DNA of 63,753 nt, the filler included, from Conidiobolus incongruus B7586 (taxonomy: Eukaryota), in the NCBI GenBank assembly GCA_000697335.1. It is 16 parts of 16 records of this genome, joined end to end, with 100 filler letters (N's around TTAATTAATTAA, not from the genome) between each part and the next. Parts side by side here need not be neighbours in the genome. Positions count along the whole stretch, not along the records: positions 9,801 to 31,083 come from JNEM01007310.1; 15 more parts are not named here. One strand, given 5' to 3'. Position numbers and translations under genes: made by a program. Below are positions 11,103 to 25,130 of the stretch, in pieces (within the stretch, counting starts at the first letter, position 1; every line of letters begins with the position of its first letter). The notes below the pieces were generated by a model. That model was not told the origin of the DNA, ran no database searches, and saw only the letters and a list, made by a program, of their open reading frames with translations.

Positions 11103-14092
11103 ATAATATTATAATAATATTTAAAATTATAAAAATTACAAATTTCAAAATATCATTCATAAATTTATTGAATATAAAACCAATAGTCTAATTTATTGAA
11201 ATATGAAAGAATGTAAAATTATATTGATAGACATTAATACAATAGAATACATATAATCAATATAGTCTAAATTAACAGGTGTTTATAAGTAATTAGAATA
11301 TTGATATAAATTCATATGAGAATATTTTAATATCAGAATAATAATAGATTCCAATTTCAAAATGTTGAACATTTTAGACTATTTAATTATTTATTAACCT
11401 ATTCAATATACTTGAGTCATTTCATATACCCCGACAACTGAATTAACTCTATCATAATTGATATGAAATTGGACGATATTTTGCAGGTATACAATAGCAA
11501 TCTCAATCCATATGTGTGTGCTTAAAGTTTGATATATCCATTTGCCAATTGCTCACAAGATCTCTGTCAATTGGTAGGCACAATTTACATATCAAAGTAG
11601 TAAAGAAAAAATTGTTTAAATTTATACTAAAAAGAAAAAAAAGATTGAGTTCTATACCAAATAACTATTAGATTCTTAAGAATCTTTATTTTTACAAAAT
11701 TTTATAATTTATTTTAATCTTAATTCATTAAAGAATAAATTAATTTAGTTAATATTATATAATTATAACCCTTATTAATTTATAAATAAGAGAAACTAAA
11801 ATTTTTAAAAAAAATTTTTACTATAAATGGTAAGATTGGCAAGGGGTATCAATTCCAACTCTACGATTTCATCTCAGTGGTCAGAGATATAGGTGACTAT
11901 GTGGTCCACAACTCTAAAGGCCAGGAGGACCAGTTGAGTCACAATGGCCAAATGGTTGAGCCCATCATATGTAGTTAGTCATAAGTTAGGCAAATTAAAA
12001 CAAATGAGGGATATGATATAAAGTTATGCAATAATAAATAACAAGTTGTAGTAAGATTGGGTTTTATTATCGTAAGAAGTATGTTGAATAGAATAAATTC
12101 TAATAGGTTAAAGGGCGGTTTTAGTGATACGCTAGGATAGAAGTGTTTCTCTTAGAAGTATTGAATATAGAAAAGAGGATAATTGATAGCAGAGGAGTAA
12201 TTTTGATTAGTAAACCAAAAATCAAGCTTCTATGATAAAAGCCACTGATGTATTGAAAGGTATTTAGGAGCTTATGGATGTCTGGTTCCATAGTGGTGTA
12301 TCCTTGTGATTGTTCTTGTTTATCTGAAGGAACAGGATGTGATAGATATTAAAGGATTTTTTATCTTGAAGTATTTCAATGATTAAATTGAATTGATAAT
12401 TGATCTAAACTAAAAAAATTTTATCACTGATAAATAATTGGTCATTAAGATAAATATGATAATAGCCATTATTATCACAATATTCACAATAAATATATTG
12501 GTCAATATCATTATTAATTTTTGACATATAACCTATATTATTAATAATATTTAATTAGTTGAAAGTTGTTGAAAAAATGGATAATTCCAACTTATTGGCT
12601 ATTTATTAAAGTTAGGAAAATATGATTACGGCATAATGAATTAGTTAATTTAGCAATTAACAATGTGTAATATAATAAATATTTTTTTAATTGGTAAATT
12701 ATATTCAATATAACTAATAATAATCCATACTTGGTCGCTATAATAATTTTAATTTCTTAAATATTAATTATTAATATGAAATCCAATACTCTGATAAATT
12801 AATTACATTCGACTGTTTCAATTCTAATAATTTCATCTTGAAATAAATTTAATTGAACTACTTGAGCGTTTGTAAATGGAAATTGTTGGTGGGTTTAGAA
12901 TCGTGAAGAATTAATACCTCGCGTTGCGAGCACGCTATAATGATTGAAAATTGAGTCGTAGTAGTGTGTAATGGTTTACTTAATAGAGGTTAGGATTGTG
13001 ATGGGTTTGAGCTGTAATAATAAAGTTAATAATGGTATGCTATATTGATTAATCCTATGAAAATTACTTCAACTATGCTGTTACTATAAACTGACAGTTA
13101 GCCGCAAGTTGTCAAAGTGTAATAATCATAATTGGAGGTATGGTTCAAAAGGTATTGAGTTTGTTCTCGTGTTAATTGATTTATATCTAATCATATAAAC
13201 AATAGGTTATTAATTTAAATTTTAAAATGATTTATTTAGCTTTAATCATCATTTGAATTCTAACACCAGAATCATATTGATAAATATCTAATTTGAAAAT
13301 ATTGCAAATTTCATTATTGTCATCGTCCGTTATATTATCAAGAATGCCTCTATCATTAGGTACGGAGTTTGGTAGAGTTTGTGGGGATTGAGTCCTAGGT
13401 GCACTGGTGCCACTTAGCAATCATGACCCTCGAGACAATCCTTGTGACTGAGTGTAGTTTAATATGGATGGGGTTAGGGATTGTGGTGCTCGTTTTCAAC
13501 TTAGTTTATTATTGAACATATTTTAAATTATTTCAAATTGATATTATAATTCTAAATAATTTGTTAACATTATGAAATTAATAAAACAAAAAATTTGCTA
13601 ATTTGCGACTGATTTTAACTTATTGAATTGAATTGATAGTATTATTTTACTAGTTGATTTAAGAAAATTTTTTCATTTATTATTTCAAATTACCAATTAA
13701 TCACATTTATTCAATAGAATCTAAAGGGGATTGAGAAAATAATTATAATGTTATAGTAAGTATAAAATGAAATAATAATTATTATAAAAGAATATAACAA
13801 ATATAATTATTACTCACGAGAGTAAAATGTCTAAAGTTTCATTAATATATTTAATTTACTCTTTAAAAAAATGAAAAATTCTAATACAAAAAACTAATTA
13901 AAGTAATTTAAATGAAAATAATATATTAACTAATTAAATAGAAGAAAAATAAAGAATAATCATTATATTAATATTATTAGGTTATTTTATTTACAAAATA
14001 AATATTAAAATCTTCATTATATCCAATACAAATCAGTTACCTAAATAAAGATTAAAATTAGTTCGACTTGATCAACTATAAATGAATTATAA

Positions 14093-14335
14093 ATATTAGA
14101 AGTATTCTCAGAAACTACCAAGACGGCACTTCCTATATATTATTTGAAGGTGTATCTCATCATGTACTGGTGAGCAAATGGAGACTTGACATACCTTGTG
14201 GAATTGAAACATGATGTGATGTGATATGCTGTCAATCAGTGTATCGAACCCCAACTCGATGAGGATTGAATACGGTTGACTATACAACAAGATCACAATA
14301 AATTCATTAATAAAAATTTAGCTTCTCAATTTTAG
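14093..14335 (+). pseudogene. Possible decayed coding fragment
   Basis: GC-elevated island. Protein-like frame ..YW*ANGDLTYLVELKHDVM*YAVNQCIEPQLDED*IRLTIQQ.. has only TGA internal stops. Family not recognised. Confidence 0.25.
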
Positions 14336-15334
14336 ACAAAACAATCCGAATGAAATAATTATGGGATTCAATTCAATTTAATATTGAAATAAAATTTGAA
14401 TAAGAACAAATTATTTATAAAAAAATTTATATATTTGAAAAATATAATTATTGAGATAATAATAAAATTAAATTTAATTATTCTATTATAATTAAATCAT
14501 TTAAATAAAATTTTTTTCAAAGTATTAGATATTATCAATTATATTCAACAAAATAATAAAATATTTAAAATTGAGCTATTTAATTATAAAAAATTTTTAA
14601 ATAATCAAAGTTAATTGATTCAAAATTGAAATTAAATAAAAGTAAATATTATATAATTAAATAATAGCTAAATTAATTTTGATTTGAATGAATTATTGAA
14701 AATGAAAAATAAAAATTCAAAAAATATTATATATAATTTAAGTAAGGTATAATTGTAAAATTTATTGATATATAATTCTAAAAATTCAAATAATGTTTTT
14801 TGTTTGAATACTTGATACTATATTAACTCATTTCTATTAATTATTTTTAAACTTTATTCAATTCAAATACAATAATTTGTTAATTGTTGCAAATTTAATA
14901 GAATATCAAAGATCAAATGATTGTTTTTTAAAAAATATTCATTATAAAAAATTTTATAAATACCCAATTCGTTGTAGAATACTCAGAGTGAAATATAATA
15001 ATCCAATTAATAAAGATTGAAAAGAGTTTATCAAGTTTACTGAGTTTTACTTTATATTTTTCAAAATATTGCAAAACGAATAGAGTTTTAAATATAAGTA
15101 ATATTCATAAAATAATTAATTTTTGACATTGATATTAAAATTATAATTATTTCAATTATTTGAATAAACATCATTATTCATATATTATATTTTATCAAGA
15201 ATTATAGCGAGTTGGATCCTAATAGAAAGATATTAATTGAATTAATTCAATTCCATACTCAAATTTTACAAGTGTGACTAATGAACAAAAGATTAAACCT
15301 CAGCAAATGATTAAACATTCATTAATAATAATTA

Positions 15335-16366
15335 CTAAAGGTTAACAGTTAACACTTGACCAACAACGATGCCTTCATTGTGTTGAAGTTCGTGAGGAGT
15401 ATTGACTTGACCGAGTTCGACACAGCAGAATTCCTTGTAACCATCTTGATGCATATCCTTGAGGGATTCAGATTTAGCGATCCAGGGATTCCAGACTACC
15501 GCATCGTCAAGGTGATTGGATTTGATGGTGATGGACTTGTAGGGTTGACCACCAGCTACAAGTTCCAAATCGCTTTGGCCTCCTCCGATATATACACGGT
15601 CGACTTCATTAGGGAAATCTACTTCATCCCTCAATTCCTTGGGAGGTTCGTCGTGAAGGTCAACCTTATCCACAAATTTCAACGATTTTAAGCCTCTGAC
15701 CTTGGCTTGGGTAATATCGCCAATATTGAAGTAAGTGTGAAGTAAGGGGGTCACCAGAATGGATTCCGTGTCCAAATTCTTGATTTCGAGATCGGTTTGG
15801 AGGGTATTAGAACCAACTGTAACAGTGTAGACCAATTTGAACTTGTAGGGCCACAACTCTGCCAAGTCAGGTCTTTGACTCTTCACAGCTTCGGAATCGA
15901 GTTCGAAACTAGCGGAGTTGTCACTGCTAGATTGGATATGTTGCCACTTGACTAATCTAGCGAAACCTATTCAAACAAAATATTAAATTCATATCACTAT
16001 TTTTAGGGTTAATAATATACCGTGACTAGGTAATTTATGAGCAGGATTAGGAGGTTCGACAGTACCAAATTGAGGGAAAACCAAAGGAATACTAAAAACC
16101 AGTTATCAGCCAAAAATATCATCTAAGACTATATTATTACCCTCCACGAATAGCTTTACTTCCGTCGAGATGAGCTTTTTTACTAATATCCAGTTAACAA
16201 TATATACATATAACTAAATACTCATTTGATAATACCTCAAAAATAAAATATCATTATTATTCACTTTCCAACTAGTTACAGTTGCTCCAAATAAATTAAT
16301 TTCACAGACACCGTTATCAGCTTGAATAACGACTCTATCAGGATTAGATTGTAATTGAACTACCAT
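15335..16366 (-). CDS. Glucose-6-phosphate 1-epimerase (aldose 1-epimerase family, YMR099C-like), 4 exons
   Basis: Spliced product contains FGATVTSWK, LDGSKAIRGGIPLVFPQFG, HGFAR, LHTYF, EVDRVY, VVWNPW and FCCVE. Confidence 0.93.
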
Positions 16367-16820
16367 TATTATTTTATTAAATTTTATTTTTAATTGAAAA
16401 CAAGAAAAAAAAAATTAAAATAAAATAAAAAGAAGATAAAAAAAATTTTAATTACGTCATTTGATATGAGAAAATTATTTTAAGTTTAGTTTCATATTCT
16501 AAAAATTAATTCAAAAATAAAAAAGAAGTTAAATTTAAGATTTAATAATAATAATAATAATTTTTTAAGATTAATACCAAATAATATATATGCATGTGTT
16601 TAAACAATATAATTAAATCAATTGAATAATCTATTTAAAGTTTTTTATTTAACTAATTAATTTTATTATTTGTCAGTCACAAATTTTGAAATTTTAATTA
16701 TTAATTATAAAAGTATTCAAAAATTTCATTAATTAATCCATCATAATAAAAACTAAACGTACTGATTTTCTCATACTAATTATTATTAAAAAATTAAATA
16801 AAAATACATGCCGATTTGGA

Positions 16821-18178
16821 CTACTTGGGTAAATCCTTCAAACTACTGGAGATCATATTGCGCATAATAAAGTTTTGGTAGTTGCTCCGATTGTTGAAGA
16901 TTGGGCGACTTGCTACGGGTTGGAGATTGCGATTGCGGAGACACTGTAAGATAATTTCGAGCTCTTTGTCAGAGTCGTAGTCACTCTCTTCCTCGATTTC
17001 TTTGGGTTGCGTGTCGTGGTCAGTTTTGTTTTGAGATTTGAGTTGTTCAGCTATTAGGAAATTAGTTGGAAGTATGGATTTAATAGGTTAGAATGATGTT
17101 ACCTTTTAATTTGGCGTTATTTTGATTGTACTTGCGCACTAAGTCGTCATATGTTGTGGATCTTCCCATGACTGCTCTCTTGAGAGCTACGGAATGTGTC
17201 TTACATGTAATAGTTCTGAGGCATGGCTTGCCATCGGGTCCTATAACACCACATTGGCGTTCCAGATCGACAGGTCCTGTAAATGGTATCACATTTAGTT
17301 AATGCAATAAAGAATGACTAGGTAATTAAGTACATACCCACAATTTTAGGCTTAGCAGGTTTCCTCTTCGATTTAGAATCTTTCTTCGATTTCTTTTTCG
17401 TATCTAAAATTAATTAGTCAATCAAAAATAATTTAATTACAAACAAAAATGTAGTACTTGAATCATCATCCATATTATGATCATTAATGTGTTGAGAATC
17501 GTTCATTCCCGAGTAGAATTCGTCCTGATCTAAAGGTGCTGTAGTTGCTGGAATTTCGTCGGGATTGGGTAGTTCCAAACAATAGGGCTAAATTATCAAC
17601 ATCGTTAATTTTGATTAATTTATTATTTATGACAAGTTACTAGATAAGCATTTTCTACAACTGGAAATATGGGTATTTGCTTCAGATTTAAATTATTTAA
17701 AACTAAATAGCATATTATTAAAATACATCTTTTCTAAATCAATAAAAGAAGTTTACTTTGGGGAATATTGCGCTTATAAGTAGCGTGTAAACTCCTCTTA
17801 GGTTTAGACATTTTCATGGATATCGCCTTCCAATCCCTTTCTTTGCCAAAAACTTGTGCGGTCTGCTCCGTGACTAAAGGTGCCCACGACTGTGACAGGT
17901 ACGAACTATCTATCTTGTCCAAAGGATTCATCTCTTTTTCTAAATTTTACACAAATCAATATTTTACAAAGTTGATGCAAAATTTCAAACTTACTCTTTT
18001 TGAGATACGACCCCGTCGTTTGTTTCTTTTTGGTCTTTGGGTTAGAGCTTGGAGGGTCTGGAGCTTGAACAGGAGGAGGTCGCTTTGTAGCTGTCCTACT
18101 AACTTCTTCTAAAAATTATAGTAAGTTCAAATTTGAATATAAAATAAATTTTACTAAATAACCTTTTGTTTCTGACAT
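16821..18178 (-). CDS. SGF73: SAGA subunit Sgf73/ataxin-7-like protein (SCA7 domain), multi-exon
   Basis: SCA7 motif GPVDLERQCGVIGPDGKPCLRTITCKTHSVALKRAVMGRS, then YDSDKELE. Exons join in frame via GT-AG introns from ATG 18178 to TAG 16821. Confidence 0.85.
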
Positions 18179-20685
18179 ATTTTCAATTAATTAAATAATC
18201 TGATATATACTGTTGAATTGATAGTTTTATGATATTATAGTAATATGATTAATTAATATTTATTTTAAATTGATTTAATTAAGTTGATTTTTGATTAGTT
18301 TAAAGTGTAAATTAAAAATTGACTTGTCAAACAAAATATAAATTATGTGAGGGATTTGGAGGTTATTATGGGACCCCCTTTTGGATTAATTGGATGGATT
18401 TTGTTCTTATTGTAATAAATTTGAATTTAATGGATATTTCGAATAATAAATATATATACTCATATCTAATATAAAGTTAAAATAAAGATAACCCATTGTG
18501 GTTTTAATCTTAAATATTAGGATTAGATTAAATTTGTTGTAAATGTGGTATTGAAAATAATATATTATTACTGCTTAAATTTTGAATCATCAAACTAAAA
18601 GAATTTATTTTAAGCTTAAAATGAATAAAATCTTTAGCAATATGGATTATGAGAAAAACAATTATATGGCCATATATTATAAATATCTGAAATGGATTTT
18701 GCAGGCATAATAAGTTACTTCTAACATTGTTTTTAGATCATTTTTGTCGAGTTGAGTTGAATTTTTGCCTGAAAAGTTTGAATATTTGTTTCTAATTAGT
18801 TATCATATCAATTTATATCATTAAATTATTGGCATCATATATAAAATAAAAAATTGCCAAAAGTTATCTTTTAAAATTATGATGAGTTAATAATTAAAAT
18901 AAAGAAGTATTATTTTCATGGTGAAATAAATTTTAGTATTGAAAAATGATTATTCAAATATACTTTCAAATTCATTATTTTATTTTTACTCATTTTCAGA
19001 TTATCAAGGATTTTATTAATGATTAAGTGATCATTTATAAATTGAAGAAAAAATCTATAAATTACAAAAGTATTTTCAATAGAAAAATACGTTAAATTAC
19101 AATTTCATTAATTTTTTTAGATTTTTTTTCTACAATAAATTGCCTTCAAGCTTATATTACCCACTAACTGCTCAAATTTACTATTCTCAATTTTGTATTT
19201 AGCAATTATCAATTATTTTGCACTCTTTGGTAATTCAAATAGATGTTGTATAAAACCATTAAAAAATTAGTTGGTAATCAATATTTTATATGAATAATTA
19301 TTTATAAGAGATAATTCGTCATGATACAATAATTGAAACAAAAAGTTCTTATATTGATATTATCAAATTGATAATATAGCTAAACTTTTGAAATTTTAAA
19401 ATTTATTCTTTCATTTCCTAAATTAAAAAAATCATGTACCAAATTATCACTTTAATATAATAATCACAATTAATTAATCAATTTAAATCCATACTATTGA
19501 ATTATATATCAAACAATGTTAATTGATTCCCCAAATAGCATACAAAGAAGGATGGTAAGATCTAAGATTCAGGAGGAAGTATTGAAATATTGAGAAGGTG
19601 GCCAATAAAGGATCAGGGATAAATTAAGGTGATTCTCCTTAAAGAATCAACCCATTATAATCTCCTAATTGGTAGGTATGGGGTCGAATTACTATATCTG
19701 GACTGCATATTAGATTGGAATTGAAATATTGGCCAATTTTAAAAAAATGTAAATAATAGCTTAGGTACTGAAATGATTTGATTTTTCGGTTTTGATAAGT
19801 ATATTTGTGCTATTGAATTCAATGATAGCAATATGTACTCAACAGTACTCTACTCATTTTGATGATTATTTATAGTTAAACAATCATATATTATTCTATA
19901 GTTTGATTATATCAGTAATATGAAATAATGATTTAATATAATCAATAACAATGAATTGAAGTAATGTTTTTGATAAAATATAATAACTTTATTATTAAAT
20001 GGGTATATTTTTAGATGATAGATTTAAAATACAATCAATGATCAAGTTAATATTCTCATACTAATTAGTGAATCTATAAATTGTGATGTAATCAAAATTC
20101 GTCTTAATTTGACAGAATATTATACAATTATATTTAGTAAAATTCGCATACAGTATATTTACTATTAATTATACATATATATATATTTAAATGAATATAT
20201 AGAATGAGATATTAATAAAAGATTTAATAATTTAGTGTCATTTTGATTTTTAAGTTGATGATACAATCTAGTTGTAGTTGAGATTAATTAAAGTTTTTCA
20301 AACGTCTAATAAACAATGATTTTGAATACATTAAATACCATATATTATATAATTATTTTTATTAATTGCTAAATAATACAAATAAAATAGTGACATATTA
20401 ATAATATTTCACTGATTAATATTTTGATATAAGTATAACGATTGCATAATATTTCTGAATCTCATAATTTATATGGAGAAATTAAAATTTGAATTTATTG
20501 GATTAGAAAAATCCCATGATGAAATTAGTAAAATGGTCAAGAATGAAAATCCAAAAAGATGGGGATTCTCTGGAATGAGCACAGTAAACTTGAGTTTACA
20601 TTGATTAACCCACTCAATTCACCACTTTAATTGAGTGAATTTGATTTTTTAATCCCTTTATTTTTCAATTTCTCTTGTATTAATA

Positions 20686-23368
20686 ATGTCTACTGGTGGC
20701 AGTGTAAGAGGGGCTAAAACTAATAATCGTGGATACCACCACAATACGAATAAGAGGTATTTCTGCTTAAAATTATTTTTCAAAAACTGTATACGTAATG
20801 AATTTTTATAGAGGCAGAGGAAAATGGAATCAGACTGGTTTTGGTGGCAGAGGTGGTTACAATACAGTAGGTCACCGTAGTAACTTCTCCCCTCCTCCTT
20901 CCCAATCTCCTCCAACAAACGGTAATTCTCCTACTAGCTCTTTTGAAAACGGCCTTCAACAAAAATTCCAAGAAGGTTTGAACTCTTTTTATATATCATT
21001 AGTGGTAATTTTATTTTATTATTTTATTTTATTCAAAAAACACTTTTTGGATTTCTAATTTTATCATCTACTTTGTTTTTAGGGAAAATCAGTTATTTAT
21101 ACATTGAAAGATAATGACATATTTGAAGGAATGTTTAGTGAACTTAAAACTGAAGGCGAAACTTCATTAATTTTTACTAATTCAAAGAGGATCCAAGCAA
21201 ATTCTAGTAACTCTTTCCCTAATAATATTGCTACTATGACGGTTTTAGAAAAAGATTTGGCACATATTTCTTCAAATGATCCCAATAGTCCTCATTATCA
21301 GATGGGTAACGCTGGTTTTAAAACTGACACTGATATTAGTAGAGCTACTGGCCCTCTTAAAGAACGAACTTTACAACAGTGGGTTCCTGATGCTCCTCTT
21401 GATGATTCTAATCCAATTTTAGATTGGGAGATGAATCAAAATAACAATGATGAACATTGGGATCAATTCGAAGTCAATGAAAAAATGTTTGGCATTAAGA
21501 CTGATTTCAATGAAGAGTTTTACACTACTAAACTTGATCGTACTCGTGCTGATTTCAAGGAAAGAGAAATTAGGGCTCAGCGTTTAGCTGATGAAATTCA
21601 AAAATCTGCTTCCAACAATATTCATATTGCGGAGGAGCGTGGTCAATTGGGACCTGACCAAATGGATGAAGAAGAAAGATATGGTGCTGTTTTAAGGAGT
21701 GATAACCCTAATCGGTACATACCTCCTCAGCAGCGTGCCAATGTTAACAAGAACACTACCCCTGATACAAAGACTAATATTAAGGCTGATACCAAGACTG
21801 ATGTAAAAATTGATGCAAAAACTGATACAAAAGTTGATACAAAAGCCGATACGAAGACTGATAGTACCCCTGCTAAACCACCTGTCAATTCTACTACGTC
21901 ATCCGAAAACTCCACTTCCAAGCCACATAAAATTACAGGAACCCCTATTTCAACTAAAAAAGTTGAAGCTATCGCTGCACTTTTCAGTTCACCTCACACT
22001 TTAAGTAGAACAACTGAAAGGAAATTATATGGCGATAACCGTATACATAAACCTATTGAAGAAGAATTAATGGGCACTTTCAGACAATTTTTAACCACTG
22101 AAAAAGAGAGATGTCAGCAAACAAAGAAAGCCTTATTTAAAAAGGATAAAGATGGCCGAGTTGCCGAATTGATTAAATTCAGTAAAACTTTTCAACTCAA
22201 TACACCTGTTCCCGAATCGTTGAAGGAAATTATATCTAAAGATAAGGCTAAAGATTCAAAGGACACTAAAGAAACTAAGGATTCTAAATCTACTAAAGAA
22301 GATGCTAAAGAAGATACCAAAGAAGTCAAAGAATCTACTGCATCTCAAGACCAACCTTCTACGAAGACTGATGCTACTGGTGCTGATTCCCCCAATAATG
22401 TTAAATTCAATGTTAAAGCTCCAGAATTTAAACCTAATCCCGTTGCTAAAGCCTTTGTTCCTGGACATAAGCCCAAATCTTCTTCTATCAGCGTTGGACC
22501 TGAGTTTACTATTAACCCTAATGTTCCTAAAGGTAAAGTATCTATCAAATCCTTGTTACTTTCTGCAAACAAATTCCAAACATCTCCTTCATTGGGCTCT
22601 GTTTCTCATCACTGGCAACTCCCTTCTACCTCCCAAAAACCCTATCCCAACGTCCCTTACCCTATGCCTCCTGCCGATATGAGTGGCTCACCTTATCCTG
22701 GAAATATGCCTCCTCCTTATCCCGTTCCCTTCCCTCATCCCATGTATCCTTATGGGCCTCCTCAAATGTACGGTCCAGCTCCCCCTGGTATGATTCCTCC
22801 TTATCCATACAATCCAAATTTTGTTTATCCCTCGCCTCCTTCCAACAATAATAACGGACCCGCTCATGGACCTCATTCTCCTCATGGACCATTCATGCCA
22901 GCTAGCCCTTACAGCCCACCTGTTCCTCCTCAAGGTTCTCCCAGAAATTACCCACGTCCTCAAAATCATGATTCTAACCATCCCAACTACTCTCCTAACC
23001 GACCTCCTATACCTCCTCCACATCCTTACATGCCATATATGCCTCCACCAGGCATGATGAGATACCCTCCTGATGGTCCTAACCCTAACCAAAACCCCGA
23101 TCATCATCCTCAACATAACACCAATTACCGCCCTCACCATCATAACCAATATCATCACAACTCAAATAATCGCCATTATAATCCTCGCCCTCATCACTCT
23201 CATTCGCACTCACACTCTCATTCCAACTCTAATGCCAATTCGAATGCCAGCTCTGCCAATCAGAACAATAACAACACCAACAGCAATAGCAACAGCAATG
23301 CTAACGCAAACGTAAGTGCTAATGCTAATGCTAACAACCCCAGTACTGAAACGCAACCAACAGCATAA
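20686..23368 (+). CDS. PBP1: Pbp1/ataxin-2 homolog, 3 exons
   Basis: Lsm-like LVGKSVIYTLKDNDIFEGMF, LsmAD WDQFEVNEKMFGIKTDFNEEFYTTKLDR..NIHIAEERG, PAM2 KFNVKAPEFKP and a P/H/N-rich low-complexity tail. Confidence 0.92.
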
Positions 23369-23972
23369 TTTCACATTTCGATTAGTGGAGTTGTGAGAGG
23401 TTCTGGATTCTTCTATCCCAAACTCTAAGGTATTTTTATGTATTTATCATCTCATCTAGCGAATTTCATCAATACGTAAGGGATCCGCGAAATATTTTCT
23501 AAAAACTCGGTATTAATAGTTTAAAAAAAGTTTTACATTTTAAATAAATTGTAAAAACCAAGATTCCAATTATATTTGCTCCCCTTTAATTTGTTTCTTC
23601 GGTAAAAGTTTTCTACTTGGTCAATAAGATGTATGTTATATTTAAACTTGTAACCATATGAGTAATTTTTTGAAGTATTAGTTTTCATATTAAAATATTA
23701 GTATTGATTTGGTTATCTTTTGCCTATTTTATATTTTGCTTACAGGAGTTAAAGCAGCTGATTCTCTTAATTCATCGTTTATCAAGTGTAATTATAAAAT
23801 ATATATTTTTATTATTTTCAAATTATTCTAAGACAATTAGATATATTAATGAAAATCGCTATCCTTTTATATCTTTAATTAAATTTTTTGAATATTCAAC
23901 TTACTAATATTAAAGGTAGTTTAATAAATTGATTTTTATCCTCTTTTTATTTATAAAAAATAAACAAATTAA

Positions 23973-25130
23973 TTAGTATATACTCTGGTTCATTGTACTG
24001 CGATTAGTGACAGGGTAGCCGAATTTATCATGACCAAAGTTTGATATGTTGTGGTCTTGATCATATATTTCTTCTTCATCTAAAAGTTCTTTAACTTCCC
24101 ATACATTTACATTGCCACTAACACTAAATTCTAAATCTTCTTTAGTAATAGAGTCCCAATATTTATAAACCATCATCACTGATAATAATGTACATATCAC
24201 TGTAAAAAACATTCCATCCACGTAATGACTCATTGATTCACAAATATTGGCTGAAGAAATATGTAATAATACTTGACCCACAATAAAAGTGACCAGACCT
24301 AAAATAATATTTCCAATAGGCCATAAATCATCTAAGGTATTAACAACTAGTATAATTTGTAAAATTGAGTAAAAAATAAGTGCTATTCCTTGCAATACAT
24401 ATAACCAAATCCATAAGATCATTGGATTTTTGGAACTGAGGCCAATATTTTGGAAGGTACCAATAGATATAAAATAGGAGAGAGATAGCACAACTAGAGA
24501 TGTTAATCGAATGGACCAAACGGACCAAGCTGTACCATCTTCGGCGAATTGAAAGCCGACAAAGCCGTTAAGTAATAGACAAAAGATAGTCGCAGAGATT
24601 AATCCATAATAACCTGCTACAAAATACTACACATAAAAACAGGTTTAGAAATTTCAAAATCAACCTTAAAATTTCAATATTAATTACCGAATATAATACA
24701 GAACCACTTGTAATAAATCCTGAAATTACAATGATTTCAAATATAGTTTCAAGCATATATAGATAGAAAAACATGACCATTTCTTTACGACCTAATTAAA
24801 AAATTTAATATATTATAACCTTTGGATATTGATAAAATATTTACCAACTGCAGTATATTTAGTTTTAATATGATATATTATAACAAGAGTAATTATGAGA
24901 GCTACAAATTCCATTGCTAAAGTTGCTAATTAAAAAAATAAATATTAGTTCAAGTTTCAATATAAACCTAAAGATAAAATATTCTTACCAGGTTGGAAAA
25001 CCAATAGTCCAGATATTTCAATACTACGACTATAACAAGTAGGTCCATTCAAGTGAGGTCTCTCAACCAAATTACATAGAGGCAAAGGTGCCGAATCACA
25101 AATTGACGAAAATCTACCAAAGCTAACCAT
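23973..25130 (-). CDS. CHS7: Chitin synthase export chaperone Chs7, multi-exon
   Basis: ICDSAPLPLC, KYTAVGRKEM, NGFVGFQFAEDGT, HYVDGMFF and MMVYKYWDSITKEDLEFSV. Confidence 0.95.

Noticed and set aside
12830..13500. GC-elevated patches and ORF 13232-13420
   Set aside because: No consistent spliced ORF or recognisable motif could be assembled.
7037..14335. TGA recoding (alternative genetic code or selenocysteine)
   Set aside because: Conserved genes here contain no in-frame TGA, and the Sel1 gene ends in TGA at 28447.
21727..23315. Many overlapping ORFs within PBP1
   Set aside because: Shadow frames of a low-complexity, codon-biased CDS.
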